DNA from: Octopus vulgaris
Lineage: Eukaryota
Assembly: GCA_951406725.2 (NCBI GenBank)
Contig: OX597843.1
Location: 8,494,001-8,558,000, forward strand
DNA length: 64,000 nt
Reading direction: 5' to 3'
Under the pieces are notes generated by a model. The model was not told the origin of the DNA and searched no databases. It saw nothing but the letters and a program-made list of their open reading frames with translations. Within the stretch, counting starts at the first letter, position 1, and each line of letters starts with the position of its first letter. The position numbers were made by a program, and so were the translations under genes. This document shows, piece after piece, positions 45,971-58,510 of the stretch.

Positions 45971-46346
45971 TTTGTTTGTTTGTTTGTTTGTTGAGCGAAA
46001 AGTCTTCGTCCCAGAACTCGCAAGATGGGAGAAGTCCGAAACGTGGTCCTTTGCTATTCGTAAGACCCGCAGAAGAGTGAGCAGGTCAACCCCCGACACC
46101 GAGAGCATCGACGGATGGATCCAGGCTCAGCGGTTGCGTAGGAAGTCGGGGCCAAGAAACAGGAAGAAAGAGTGAGAGAAAGTTGGAGCAAAAGAGTACA
46201 ACAGGGGTCGCCACCAACCCCTGCTGCAGCCTCGTGGAGCTTTAGGTGTTTTCGCTCAATAAACACACAACGCCCGGTCTGGGAATCGAAACCGCGATCC
46301 TATGACCGCGAGTCCGCTGCCCTAACCACTGGGCCATTGCGCCTCC
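45971..46346 (-). mobile_element. tRNA-derived SINE family C, full length
   Basis: Head ggaggcgcaatggcccagtggttagggc (A box), ggtttcgattccc (B box), (aaac)n tail. Confidence 0.85.
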
Positions 46347-46355
46347 ACTTCTGAG

Positions 46356-46505
46356 TTCAACAGGGGTCGCCACCACCCTCTGCCGGAGCCTCGTGGTGCT
46401 TTAGGTGCTTTTGCTCAATAAACACACACAACACCCGGTCTGGGAATCGAAACCGCGATCCTCCGTCCGCGAGTCCGTTGCCCTAACCACTGGGCCATTG
46501 CGCCT
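46356..46505 (-). mobile_element. SINE family C, duplicated head
   Basis: Near-identical to 46200-46346. Confidence 0.85.
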
Positions 46506-46596
46506 ACACTGCTGCTGCTGCTGCTGCATATATGATCGTTGTTGTTGTTGCATTTAAAGTTCCTGTTGACGCAGTTATACTTTTTGCCGTTCTTTC

Positions 46597-47210
46597 CGTG
46601 GCTTAGTGGTTCGGGTGTTGGACGCACGATCGTAAGGTCATGAGTTCAATTCCCGGCGACGCATTGCGTCCTTGAGCAAGACACTTTATTTTACGTTCCT
46701 CCAGTTCACTCACCTGGCCAAAATGAGTAGTACCTGTAATTCAAACGGGTCATCCTTGTCACATTCTGAGTCACCCTGAAACTCCCTGAAAACTATGTTA
46801 AGGGTACACGTGTTTGTGGTGTACTCAGCCACTTACACGATAATTGACCGGATCAATTTGAACCACTGTCGTCATCGTCGTAACCGACGGAATACCAGCT
46901 TTTTCTGAGGATACATAACTTAGTGGTCAGGGTATTCTGCTCCTGATCACAAGGTCGTACGTTCGATACCTGGCGGCGCTTTGTGCCTCTAAACAAGACA
47001 CTTTGGTTCACGGTCCGCAAATCAATTCAGCTGGCAAAACTAAGTTGTCCCTGTATTTTAAAGGGCCAGCCTTGTCACATTTGTGAATCATTCTCAGAGT
47101 ACGTGTGTCTGTGGAGTACTCAGTCACTTGCACGTTAATTTCACGAACAGGCTGATCCGTTGATCGGATCAGCTGGAACTATCATCATCGCAACTGACGG
47201 AGTACCAGTC
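46597..47210 (+). mobile_element. Two tandem tRNA-derived SINE family B copies
   Basis: gtggcttagtggtt...gagttcaattccc...ccttgagcaagacactt; second diverged copy from ~46915; both end gacgga.taccag. Confidence 0.8.
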
Positions 47211-47221
47211 ATATACACGTA

Positions 47222-47330
<109 letters not shown>

Positions 47331-47398
47331 CTGTATGTATGTATATATAAATGAAAGAATGGAGTTGAACGACGAATTAACAAAATTCCTTTATTTTA

Positions 47399-47481
47399 TT
47401 TTCGACATATGTTTCGAAGGCTGCATATTCCTAATTTCGAAGGAATAAGGGGTGCATTATGCTGCCTTCTCATCAGGAAAA
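47399..47481 (-). ncRNA. Type I hammerhead ribozyme with extended stem II
   Basis: ttttc CTGATGA gaaggc...gccttc GAAA catat GTC gaaaa: canonical core, GUC triplet, all three stems. Confidence 0.85.
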
Positions 47482-47554
47482 GTAAGGAACTTATGTCAGC
47501 ATCAAGATGCACAAAAACTTTTAGATGACTGCCAACACGGAGTCCATAGCGATA

Positions 47555-47594
<40 letters not shown>

Positions 47595-47682
47595 AATGAG
47601 GTAATCAGATCGGATGGTTCATATTTGTAGATATTACCTCATTTTTTCTAATATATAATACCTGTACATCATCTCCAAACCT

Positions 47683-47738
<56 letters not shown>

Positions 47739-48191
47739 CCTGACACCGTTCATTAATCGGTGTGCATTGAAAGCAATGATTAGTGATTTACGAAACCGGT
47801 ATGCTTTTAAATCTCTCGGAACCATGAGGATGGTAAGCAAGCTACTTACCACACAGCCATTCCTGCACCTATTATAAAAAGTTTATTACATATTGTTCTT
47901 GTTCATGTCGTTGTTGTTATTGTTTCGTCCACGACCCATTGGTAGGTCTTGATCAAGCAGAACAACAATACATATCCAGACCACTCCATTCGTGACCATC
48001 CTGTATTGTTATTGTTTCAGACATATTGTATTATCCAATGTGTTTTTCACAATGTGATGCAATCGGAAGCAAGTTTCTGACTGCTATTTCTAACAATCCC
48101 AACGTCACTCAAGGGGATCCACTTTGCTGACTCGTGGTCATTGCTGTTGTTGTTGGCGGTGGTGGTGATCGAGAGACGATGTGTGTGTGTT

Positions 48192-48227
<36 letters not shown>

Positions 48228-48267
48228 GTGGGGTGTGGTGCGAGGAAGAGTGAAGATAGCGGAGACG

Positions 48268-48306
<39 letters not shown>

Positions 48307-48469
48307 AAGGTTAAGCAGTGATGAAGAGAGCAACAGGGAGACATGAAGAGAGAGAGAGAGAGAACAATGCACTGGAAAAGAGAAAGAAAGGGAGGGAGAG
48401 AACATAGAGAGAGAGGGAGAGCGAGAGCAAGAGTTTGTTTGTATGTGTGTGTGGGTGTGTGGGGGGTGA

Positions 48470-48915
48470 GAGAGCAACAGAGAGAAAGAGAGAGCAGAGA
48501 GAGAGAGAGAGCAACAGAGAGAGCAACAGAGAGAGAGAGCAACAGAGAGAGAGAGAACAACAGAGGGAGAGAGAGCAACAGAGAGAGAGAGAGCAACAGA
48601 GAGAGAGAGAGCAACAGAGAGAGAGAGAGCAACAGAGAGAGAGAGAGAGCAACAGAGAGAGAGAGAGCAACAGAGAGAGAGAGAGCAACAGAGAGAGAGA
48701 GCAACAGAGAGAGAGAGAGCAACAGAGAGAGAGAGAGCAACAGAGAGAGAGAGAGCAACAGAGAGAGAACAACAGAGGGAGAGAGAGCAACAGAGAGAGA
48801 GAGAGCAACAGAGAGAGAGAGAGCAACAGAGAGAGAGAGAGCAACAGAGAGAGAGAGAAAGCTAGAGAGCAACAGAAAGAGACAGAGAGAGAGAAAGAGT
48901 GAGAGCAACAGAGAG
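48470..48915. repeat. (GAGCAACA(GA)n) minisatellite
   Basis: About 20 units of gcaaca separated by GA runs. Confidence 0.92.
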
Positions 48916-49249
48916 AGAGAGAGAGGAAGAACAAGTGTGTGTGAGAGAGAGAGATAAATGAGAGAGAGAGAGAGAGCAAGGCAGTGAGACAAGCAGATAA
49001 CAAGAAAGGGAAGGAAAGCGAGGTAGAAAATGAACAAGAAAGAGTGAGCGAGAAAGAGAGATAGTAAGAAGGAGGGGAAAGAGAAAGAGAGAGAGAGAGC
49101 AGGAGGGAGAACAAGAGCGGAGTAGAGGGGAGAGGAGATGAGAGCGAAAGAAGGGAAGAAAGAAGGAAAAGGATAAAGGAATACAATGTGGGGGGTTATG
49201 GAGGCGGGAGGAAAAGAGTGTGTGCATTGTTTAGTGTGCGCATGCGTTG

Positions 49250-50050
49250 CATGTATGTGTCGTATGTGTGTGTTTGAACGTGTGTGTGTGTGTGTGTGTG
49301 TGTTATATGTATGCGTGTATACGGAACAGCGTGTGTGTGTGTGTGTGTATAAGTGCGTTTGTGTGTGTGTGTGTGTGTTGTATATGTATGCATGTATACG
49401 TAACAGCGTGTGTGTATGTGTGTATAAGTAAGTTTGTGTGTGTGTGTGTGTGTGTGTGCGTGTGCGTGTATGTGTGTATGTGTATATGTGTCGTATGTGT
49501 ATATGTGTCGTATGTGTATGTTTGAAAGTGTGTGTTGTATATGTATGCGTGTATACAAAACAGTATGTGTATGTATAAGTCCGTTTGTGTACATGTGTGT
49601 GTGTGCGTGTGTGCGTGTATGTGTTGTATGTGTGTGTTTGAAAGTATAGTATCGGTACATGTGTGTGTGTGTACATGTGTGTGTGTGTACATGTATGTGT
49701 GTATACGGAACAGCGTGTGTGTGTATAAGTGCGTTTGTGTGAGTGTGTGCGTGTATGTGTGTGTTTGAACGTATAGTATCTGTACATGTGTGTGTGTGTG
49801 TGTTGTATATGTATGCGTGTATACGGAACAGCGTGTGTGTTTGTGTGTGCATAAGTAAGTTTATGTGTGTGTATAAGTGCGTTTGTGTGTGTGTGTGTGT
49901 GCGTGCGTGTGTGCATGCGTCGTATGTGTGTGTTTGAACTTATAGGAACTGTACATGTGTGCGTGTGTTGTATATGTATGCGTGTATACGGAACAACTTG
50001 TGTGTGTGTGTGTATAAGTGCGTTTGTGTGTGTGTGTGTGTGTGTGCGTG
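49250..50050. repeat. TG-rich degenerate minisatellite
   Basis: Recurring gtatacggaacagcgtgtg..tataagt..gtttg and gtttgaa motifs. Confidence 0.85.
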
Positions 50051-50405
50051 CGTGGTGCGTGTATGTGTGTATGTGCGTGTGTGCGTGTATCTGTGTGTGT
50101 GTGTGAATCTAGTACAGTGTGTATATGTAAAGAGTTAATAGTGAATAGCGACGAACAGAGAGAGAGGGGGAGGGGGAGAAAGTGAAAGTAGAAAATGAGG
50201 GGGAAAGTGGGAGGGGAGTGGAAAAGAAAGTAAGAAAGAGAGAGGCGGAGAGTGAGGGACGAAAGTGAAAGGGTGAAGGAAACGAGAGAAGGAAAAGAGG
50301 GGAGAATGAGAAGTAAAGAAGAAAGGGAGAGAAGTAGAGGGGGGTGCGTGAATAAAGTAAAAAAGAGCAGGGAGTGAGTAAGCGGAGAAAATTAGAAAGA
50401 GAGAA

Positions 50406-50449
<44 letters not shown>

Positions 50450-50569
50450 GTGAAGATGAAAAGAGAACGAGAGAAAGTAGGATAGAGAGTAGAGAGAATG
50501 AGTGAGAGTTTAAAGTAAGAAAGCGAGAGAGAGGAGAGAGAAATGAAGAGATGAAAAAAAGATAAACAT

Positions 50570-51166
50570 GGCGTAGGGGTGGGTGTGTGGTAAGTAGCTT
50601 GTTTACGAACCACATGGTTCCGGGTTCAGTCCCACTGCGTGGCATCTTGGGCAAGTGTCTTCTGCTATAGCCTCCGGCCGACCAAAGCCCTGTGAGTAGA
50701 TTTGGTAGACGGAAACTGAAAGAAGCCTGTCGTATATATACGTATTAGGTGTAGGAGTGGCTGTGTGGTAAGTAGCTTCCTTATGAACCACATGGTTCCG
50801 GGTTCAGTCCCACTGTGTGGCATTTTGGGCAAGTGTCTTCTACTATAGCGTCGGGCCGACCAATGCCTTGTGAGTGGATTTGGTAGACGGAAACTGAAAG
50901 AAGCCTGTCGTATATATGTATATATTTATGTGTGTGTTTGTGTGTCTGTGTTTGTTCCCCTAGCATTGCTTGACAACCGATGCTGGTGTGTTTAAGTCCC
51001 CGTCACTTAGTAGTTCAGCAAAAGAAACCAATGGAATAAGTACTAGGCTTACAAAAGAATAAGTCCCGGGGTCGATTTGCTCGACTAAAAAAGGCGGTGC
51101 TCCAGCATGGCCGCAGTCAAATGACTGAAACAAGTAAAAGAGTAAAAGAGTAAAAGAGTAAAAGAG
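50570..51166 (+). mobile_element. SINE family A: head-only copy followed by full copy
   Basis: Head 50570-50735, then full element 50748-51166. Confidence 0.9.
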
Positions 51167-51539
51167 TATGTGAGGAACATAGAAAGAGAGAGAGAGAGAG
51201 GGAGAGCATAGTATCGAATGGGAGTAGGAGTGGTGTGCCGTTTCTTCGCGATGGTTGTGATGGCGATGGTTGCGGCGGCGGTGGAGCGACAGACAAAGAG
51301 ACAGCGACGGACAAACAAATAGATGGCGGTGGGGGGTGGGGGGGTATGACGTGCGCGCGCGTGTGTGTGTGACTGCGCATTGAGCTGACACCGGTAGAGG
51401 CATATTTGTGTGTGTGTGTGTGTGTGTGTGTGTGAGAAAGAGAGAAAGATGAAAGGAACTAACGGTATTGACGTGAAGAGCAGAGGGGAAAGGAGAGTAA
51501 GGCAGTGTGAGGGATAAAGAACAGGTGGTGTGTGGTGTT

Positions 51540-52928
51540 TGACGGGGGTGGAGGAAGAGAGAGAGAAGGAGGGAGAGAAAGAGAGGAAGAGAGAGAGAAA
51601 GAGGGAGAGATATAGAGGAACAGAGAGAGAGAGAGAAAGAGGGGAACAGCGAAAGAGAGAGTGATAGAGAGAGAGAGAAAGAGGGAGAGAGAGAGAGGAA
51701 CAGAGAAAGAGAGGAAGAGAGAGAGAGAAAGAGAGGAACAGAGAAAGAGAGAGTGATAGAGAGAGAGAGAGAGAGAGAAAGAGGGAGAGATATACAGGAA
51801 CAGAGAAAGAGAGGAAGAGAGAGAGAGAAAGAGAGGAACAGCGAAAGAGATAGAGAGAGAGAGAGGAACAGAGGAGGAGAGAGATAGAGAAAGAGAGACA
51901 GAGATGATCAGAGAACGAGAGAGGAAGAGAGGAAGTGAGAGAAAGAGAGGAACAGCGAAAGAGAGAGAGAGAGCGGACAGAGGAGGAGAGAGATAAAGAA
52001 AGAGAGAGGAATAGAGAAAGAGAAAGAGAGAGAGAGAGGAACAGTCAGAGTGAGAGGATGAGAGAGAAAGGAATAAAGAGAGACGAAGTGGGAGTCTGGG
52101 TGAGAGTGAAAGAAATGAAAGAGTAAAGGAGAAACGAGAGGGAGAACCGAAGTGAGATAGAGTGGATGAAAGAGAGAGAGAGAGAGGTGACGGAATAAGA
52201 AACAGTGATATATGGGGAAGGAGAGAGAGGATGAGAGAATGAGTAAGAAGACAGAGGAAGGAAGGGAGCGACAGAGATTGAGAGACACAAAGAAAGAAAG
52301 CTCAGGAACAGAAAGAGAGACAAACGAGAGAGAGAGAGAGAGAGAGAGAGAAAGAAAGAAAGCAGGTAAGAAAAGAAAGGAGAGCTGGTGAGTTTGGCAG
52401 ACGATGAGAGACAAGCAGAGTCACAGAGAGATAAATGGAGAGAGGCAGAGAGACGGTGAGAGGAGAGGAAGACAGGCAGAGAGGGAAGACGGTACGAGAA
52501 AGAAGAAAGAAAGAAAGGAAGGAAGAAAGAAAGAAAGAAAGGAAGAAAGAAGGAAAGGAAGAAAGAAAGGAAGAAAGAAAGGAAGGAAAGAAAGAAAGAA
52601 AGAAAGAAAGGAAGGAAGAAAGGAAGAAAGAAAGGAAGAAAGAAAAAAAGAAAAAAGGAAGAAAGAAGGAAAGAAAGAAAGAAAGAAAGGAAGGAAGGAA
52701 GGAAGGAAGGAAGGAAGAAATAAAAAAAGGAAGAAAGAAAGAAAGGAGAGTTGGTGAATTTGGCAGACGATAAGAGAGGGAGTTGCCTGTAGAGAGAGAG
52801 AGAGGGAGAGAGAGGGAGAGACTAGCGGAGAGAAGAGAGGCAAGAAGGAGAGAGGGAGAGAGTGACAGGGAGAGAGGGGTGGCAGATAGGGGAAAGGAAA
52901 AAAGATGGTGAATGTGAGAAAGGTAGAT

Positions 52929-52967
<39 letters not shown>

Positions 52968-52970
52968 CGA
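51540..52970. repeat. Polypurine low-complexity tract
   Basis: (GA)n, (GAAA/GGAA)n; local duplication ggagag.tggtga.tttggcagacgat at ~52379 and ~52745. Confidence 0.85.
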
Positions 52971-53599
52971 TTTGGTAAATGGAAAACGAGAGTGAATGTG
53001 TCAGAAGACAGTATGGTTGTGATGGTGGTGGTGGTGGTGGTGGTGGTAGTGGTGGTGGTGGTGGTAGTGGTGGCGGTGGTTGTGGTAGTGGTTGTGGTGG
53101 TGTAGGATCGGTGATGGTGGTGTCGGTGGTAATGATGGTGGCGGTGGTATGGTGGTGGTTGTGGTGGTAGTAGTGGTGGTAGTTATGTTGGTGGTTTGTG
53201 GTGGTGGTGGTGGTGGTGGTGTTACGCTTCCAGGTCAGACTCAATCTAGAAAACGTCAGCTAAAAGGCTTTCCAAATGTGACCACCCCGACGTTTGGTTC
53301 CCCTGTCACAATATCCTTCCAATGGGTCCTTCATATTATTTCAAAATGAGATGACAGAATATTTGGCTGCTATTTCTAGCAGTTTGATCAACGCATAGAC
53401 GTCCCCCTATTGGTTATACGCTGTTATCGCTGCTGTTGTTCTTTAGCCACAGGACAACCCAGGTGGAGCGAACCACCTGTTTAAGAAGTTCCAACCTTGA
53501 CCATCATGTAATTAAGTGTATGCTGGAGAACAATATCAAATATTACGTTTATATATTTGTTATGCAAGGTTCTTGATGTGAAGTCGTGTGTTGAAACAG

Positions 53600-54240
53600 A
53601 TATTGTTATATTTCGGAATGGTCATTTTGCCAGTTTAGCCAATAAAAACACACGCACTATAAATTTGGTGTTACTTTGCTTCAGTGTTATTTATTTTTTA
53701 CATTAATCTTAATCTTATTTCGGCCAAAGTTCTTTCGTCACAATCCTGTGACCTCATCAGTGGTCCTTTGCTTTCTTCTTTCTTATTTGTGTGTCTCTCC
53801 TTACTAACGGTCAGCCATTATTATTAATATCAGGAAATCAATATTAAAAAATTCTTCAGGAAGATATATATGTGTGTAGAAAAACTTGGGTTTTTTAGTA
53901 ATATATATTTTATAATATATTATTATTGTTGTTGTATTTCGGAATGGTCACTTTGCCAGTTTAGCCAATAAAAACACACGCACTATATATTTGGTGTTAA
54001 TTTGCTTCAGCGTTATTTATTTTTTACATTAATCTTAATCTCATTTCGGCCAGAGTTCTTTCGTCACAATCCTGTGATCTCATCTGTGGTCCTTTGCTTT
54101 CTTCTTTCTTATTTGTGTGTCTCTTCTCACTAACGGCCAGTCAATAAATAACGCTGAAGCAAATTAACACCAAATATATATTGCGTGTGGTTTTATTGGC
54201 TAAATTGGCAAAATGACCATTCCGGAATACAACAATATCA
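53600..54240 (-). mobile_element. Hammerhead-bearing 326-bp tandem repeat plus inverted partial copy (retrozyme / Penelope pseudo-LTR-like)
   Basis: ggaatggtca at 53615 and 53941; HHR motifs at 53722-53766 and 54048-54092; 54143-54238 is the reverse complement of the unit start. Confidence 0.8.
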
Positions 54241-54657
54241 AATATGTTATTTGTATTTTGACTGCTATTCCTAGCATATCTAGCTACGATGTAGGGGGGG
54301 GCCTCACCCATTGGTTCATACATATATACATACATACATAAGACAGTAGGATGTGACTAGAGATAGATTTGGCTGCTATTTCTAGCAGGTCTGCTTACAG
54401 TCTCTCGCATCAGCTAATACATACATGATGGCTGCACACCTCGTGTTCGAATATTACCACCGCCAGATCAGAAGTCCCACACATGGGTCTTACTTTGTTT
54501 TTCAAGCGATGCCTGTGCATAATGATTTTTTTTTTATAGTGAGGAAAGGATCTGAACAAATCCAATCTCACTCACAGAACATGGACAACATAAAGTCGAA
54601 AAGAAGAACCAGTCTACATCATCGAATATTGTGTGTCATCGGAATGGAGAAAGCGAA

Positions 54658-54688
<31 letters not shown>

Positions 54689-54709
54689 ATAATATATATA
54701 TATATATAA

Positions 54710-55118
54710 AGTTAATCCAAACAAGAAAGCACAAGAAAACACAACAACGCGAGGACGTGGAACAAATATAGTATTATTGGACGCTCAGGAAAGAAGGGAA
54801 GAAGGAGGGTTCAACGTTTCGAGCGGAGCTCTTCGTCGGAAACATAGGAGAAAGAAAGATCCAGAGAAGGGAAGACAGAGGGAAAAAAATTGCCAACGGT
54901 ACACACGCAGTCACATTTTGAAAGGGAACTGGTTGACGTCGATCCGTGTCTCAAATTCGTCACGGTGGCGCGTGAGAGGCGTGAAGCGGAGTCCCTTACT
55001 GAGGAGAGAGCGCTCGACAGCGGAAAGGGGGAGATTGGGGGTATAGTGACAACAGTACGAGGAAGCAGGGTGGTGGGATGAGTGGGGTCAGGAAGAGGGG
55101 GTGCAGAAGTGTGGGGAA
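54710..55118 (-). mobile_element. Probable Penelope-type terminal repeat with variant HHR at 54809-54843
   Basis: CCGACGA a gagc tcc gctc GAAA cgtt; core differs from CUGANGA at one position. Confidence 0.55.
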
Positions 55119-55319
55119 TATATATATATATATACACACACATACATCTATACATACATACATACATGCATACACAGGCGTATGTACGTACATACATACA
55201 TACGTGTATGAATACATACACACATACATATATATGACGAACTAACTGTTACTTTCTCAGATGCAGCACGGATATTTTGTCAGTGAACAGGTCGCGGATT
55301 TTAGCGACGAAAATATTTT

Positions 55320-55410
55320 GACAAATTAAACTTAAATGTTGAAGTGAATCGAACGGCTTTTGTGTGTTTCTTAAATGGCTTACAAACACCTTCCGTGCTA
55401 CAATTGTTTT
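55320..55410 (+). repeat. Dispersed repeat
   Basis: Reverse complement of 62777-62870 (aaacttaaatgttg.agtgaatcgaacggctt.tgtgtgtttcttaaat). Confidence 0.8.
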
Positions 55411-55466
55411 CGTTTCAGCACACGATCTCAGATCAAATCACTTGCTATGGAAGTACATCTCCGTAA

Positions 55467-55621
55467 TAACTTATATCATTTATCATATATTAGCACTTTC
55501 GTCCATTCTGGTGGATTTTTTTCTGGTGGATTTCATTTGAAAAATCTACCAGAATGGACGCAATTTGAAAAATCCACCAGAATGGACGAAAGCGTTAATA
55601 TATGATAAATGATATAAGTTA
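55467..55621. repeat. Inverted repeat with duplicated centre
   Basis: taacttatatcatttatcatatatt..ctttcgtccattctggtggattttt versus aaaaatccaccagaatggacgaaag..aatatatgataaatgatataagtta. Confidence 0.9.
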
Positions 55622-55700
55622 TATGATGTGTAAAAACATGTAATATACAAATAAATATCTGTAAATATACAACCATCCGAATTTCTGAGTGCCACATTTC

Positions 55701-55777
<77 letters not shown>

Positions 55778-55914
55778 GGTGGTTATGCTCCAATAAGTAG
55801 AAAAACCCTCGATCAGCTAAGAGAATGAAGATAATGTTATAACAAAAGCCCACCAACCTTGTAAATATTGATAAATATTAAGCCATATATCAATATGCAA
55901 CAGACGACTCAAGC

Positions 55915-56185
55915 CTGACCCCGAATGTACCTGTAGAGACAAATCTAAATGTCCTCTGGGGTAGCAGTGCATTATATCTTCCCTTGTTTATGCAATACAG
56001 GTTTCAGCGAATTACAATGGTTATAAGAGATCAAATTGTATATCGGAGCCGAGGAAGGGAAATTTAAATTAAGATATAACAACCATCTTTCAGATTTTAG
56101 ATACCATGGTAAGAGACATTTAACAACCCTTTTGGCCTTAAGTCTGGACATCAAATGGAAAATACTCTCCAAAACCAGACCCTTT
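55915..56185 (+). pseudogene. Decayed Penelope-like GIY-YIG endonuclease fragment
   Basis: Translation CTCRDKSKCPLG*QCIISSLVYA, then frameshift to LYIGAEEGKFKLRYNNH..F...IKWKIL: Cys-rich linker, VY..YIG and R..H pattern typical of PLE endonucleases; one stop and one frameshift. Confidence 0.8.
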
Positions 56186-56391
56186 ATTAACAGGGCTTTT
56201 TTTAAAAGAGGTTCCAAAGACATTTGCGCAGAGTTTGTAAAAGGCAGTAATTCCAGTAACTATTTGCTAGTGACCCAACATCTCTCTCTTCGGTCTGCTT
56301 GCGAAGAAGCAATGCAACATGCGTGAAAACAAGAAGTAAGGGAAGAGGAAAATTATACAGTTCTATATTCAAGAGATGAGGAATTATTTAA

Positions 56392-56570
56392 TTATTTACA
56401 TTATTTACATTTGACGGATATTTGTCCTCATTTTGTTTGTTGTTAACACAACGTTTCGGCTGATATACCCCCCAGCCTTCATCCGGTCTCTTGGGGAAAT
56501 TTCGAACCTGGGTTCTCATTCCTAAGGTATTTTTCTATGTTATTATTATCATTATTATTATTATTATTAC

Positions 56571-56652
<82 letters not shown>

Positions 56653-56795
56653 TACATTATTTACATTTGACGGATATTTGTCCTCATCTTGTTTGTTGTT
56701 AACACAACGTTTCGGCTGATATACCCTCCAGATTTCATCAGGTGTCTTGGGGGAAATTTCAAACCCGGGTTCTCATTCCTAAGGTATTTTTCGAT
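56392..56795 (-). mobile_element. Hammerhead-bearing 256-bp tandem repeat
   Basis: Two copies spaced by (TTA)n; consensus gacac CTGATGA a ggctg..cagcc GAAAC GTT gtgtt at 56445-56489 and 56701-56746. Confidence 0.8.
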
Positions 56796-56977
56796 GCTAT
56801 TAGTTTTTGATGGAGTTTCTCTAAATGTCTCCATTGAAGTCTAATGTCGGCTCCGTACCTATTAGATAATATAGTTCTATATTCAAAAGCATTAATTACC
56901 TAAAGGATTAGATTTAATCAACCCTTCAGTTATGTATCTATACACACACATGTCTATGTCTACATACACATATATGA

Positions 56978-57027
<50 letters not shown>

Positions 57028-57258
57028 CTGTGTGTATGTATATATATACATATATGTCAATGTATACATATATGCATGTATATATATACATATATGTATG
57101 TATATATACATATACATATATGTATATATATATACACATGTATATATACATATATGTATGTATATATACATATACATATATGAATATGTATATATATACA
57201 TATGTATATATATATATACATATGTGTGTATATATACATATATCTATAGATATTTGTT

Positions 57259-57289
<31 letters not shown>

Positions 57290-57310
57290 TCATACATACA
57301 CACACATACG

Positions 57311-57341
<31 letters not shown>

Positions 57342-57381
57342 CTATATCTATATCTATACATATATATATATATATAGAAAG

Positions 57382-57412
<31 letters not shown>

Positions 57413-57858
57413 TATTAGAGGGAAGCCACTATGTAGACACCCTTATGCTAGAAATAGATCCGCTTATGGTCTTACCACTAAGAAAATTTCTCAAGAAAAA
57501 TTTAGCAAAACAACCAAAACGTAATCTAGCAAGACAAAAGAAAAGGCAATTAAAATATGGATTATTCGCATACATGTTTCATTATCAACATTTTACGTAA
57601 TTTTACTCACATAAATCTCCGTAGATCATCGGTACGACCGTCCAGATGGATATAATTTGCAGGACTGCTTATTAGGACGCCCGCACAAAGTCAGACCTGT
57701 AAAAAGTTCTACCCATTACACTCGTGATTACTATTTCAAATGTCCTCGTTTTGGCGCGCTAAATTACCGAACCATGTGATTGCTTCCCAACCACATGGTT
57801 CCGGGTTCAGTCACACTGCGCGGCACCTTGGGCTATTGTCTTCTACTATAACTACTAC

Positions 57859-57902
<44 letters not shown>

Positions 57903-57905
<3 letters not shown>

Positions 57906-58373
57906 CGCAGGAGTGGCTGTGTGGTAAGTAGCTTGTTTTGCTTTCAAATTTTAGATACCATGTTAAGAAACATTCAACAGGAGTGGCTGTGTGGTAAGTA
58001 GCTTGCTTACCAACCACATGGTTCCGGGTTCAGTCCCACTGCATGGCACCTTGGGCAAGTGTCTTCCACTATAGCCCCGGGCCGACCAAAGCCTTGTGAG
58101 TGGATTTGGTAGTCGGAAACTGAAAGAAGCCCGTCGTATATATGTATATATGTGTATGTGTATGTTTGTGTGTCTGTGTTTGTCCCCCTAGCATTGCTTG
58201 ACAACCGATGCTGGTGTATTTATGTCGCCGTCAGTTAGCGGTTCGGCAAAAAAGACCGATAGAATAACTACTGGGCTTACAAAGAATAACTCCCGGGGTC
58301 GAGTTGCTCGATTAAAGGCGATGCTCCAGCATGGCCGCAGTCAAATGACTGAAACAAGTAAAAGAGTAAAAGA

Positions 58374-58374
<1 letters not shown>
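57903..58374 (+). mobile_element. SINE family A with duplicated 5' end
   Basis: caggagtggctgtgtggtaagtagcttg occurs at 57908 and 57978. Confidence 0.9.
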
Positions 58375-58433
<59 letters not shown>

Positions 58434-58510
58434 AATATCAGGGAATAAATCCAAATTTACAGAGAAAAATCAGATTTAGGATTGAATCCAATTTTATAGT
58501 AAAATATAAT

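Noticed and set aside
46260-46346. tRNA-like sequences here and at 46597 and 62113
   Set aside because: A and B boxes are present but no complete acceptor stem; each continues into a SINE body.
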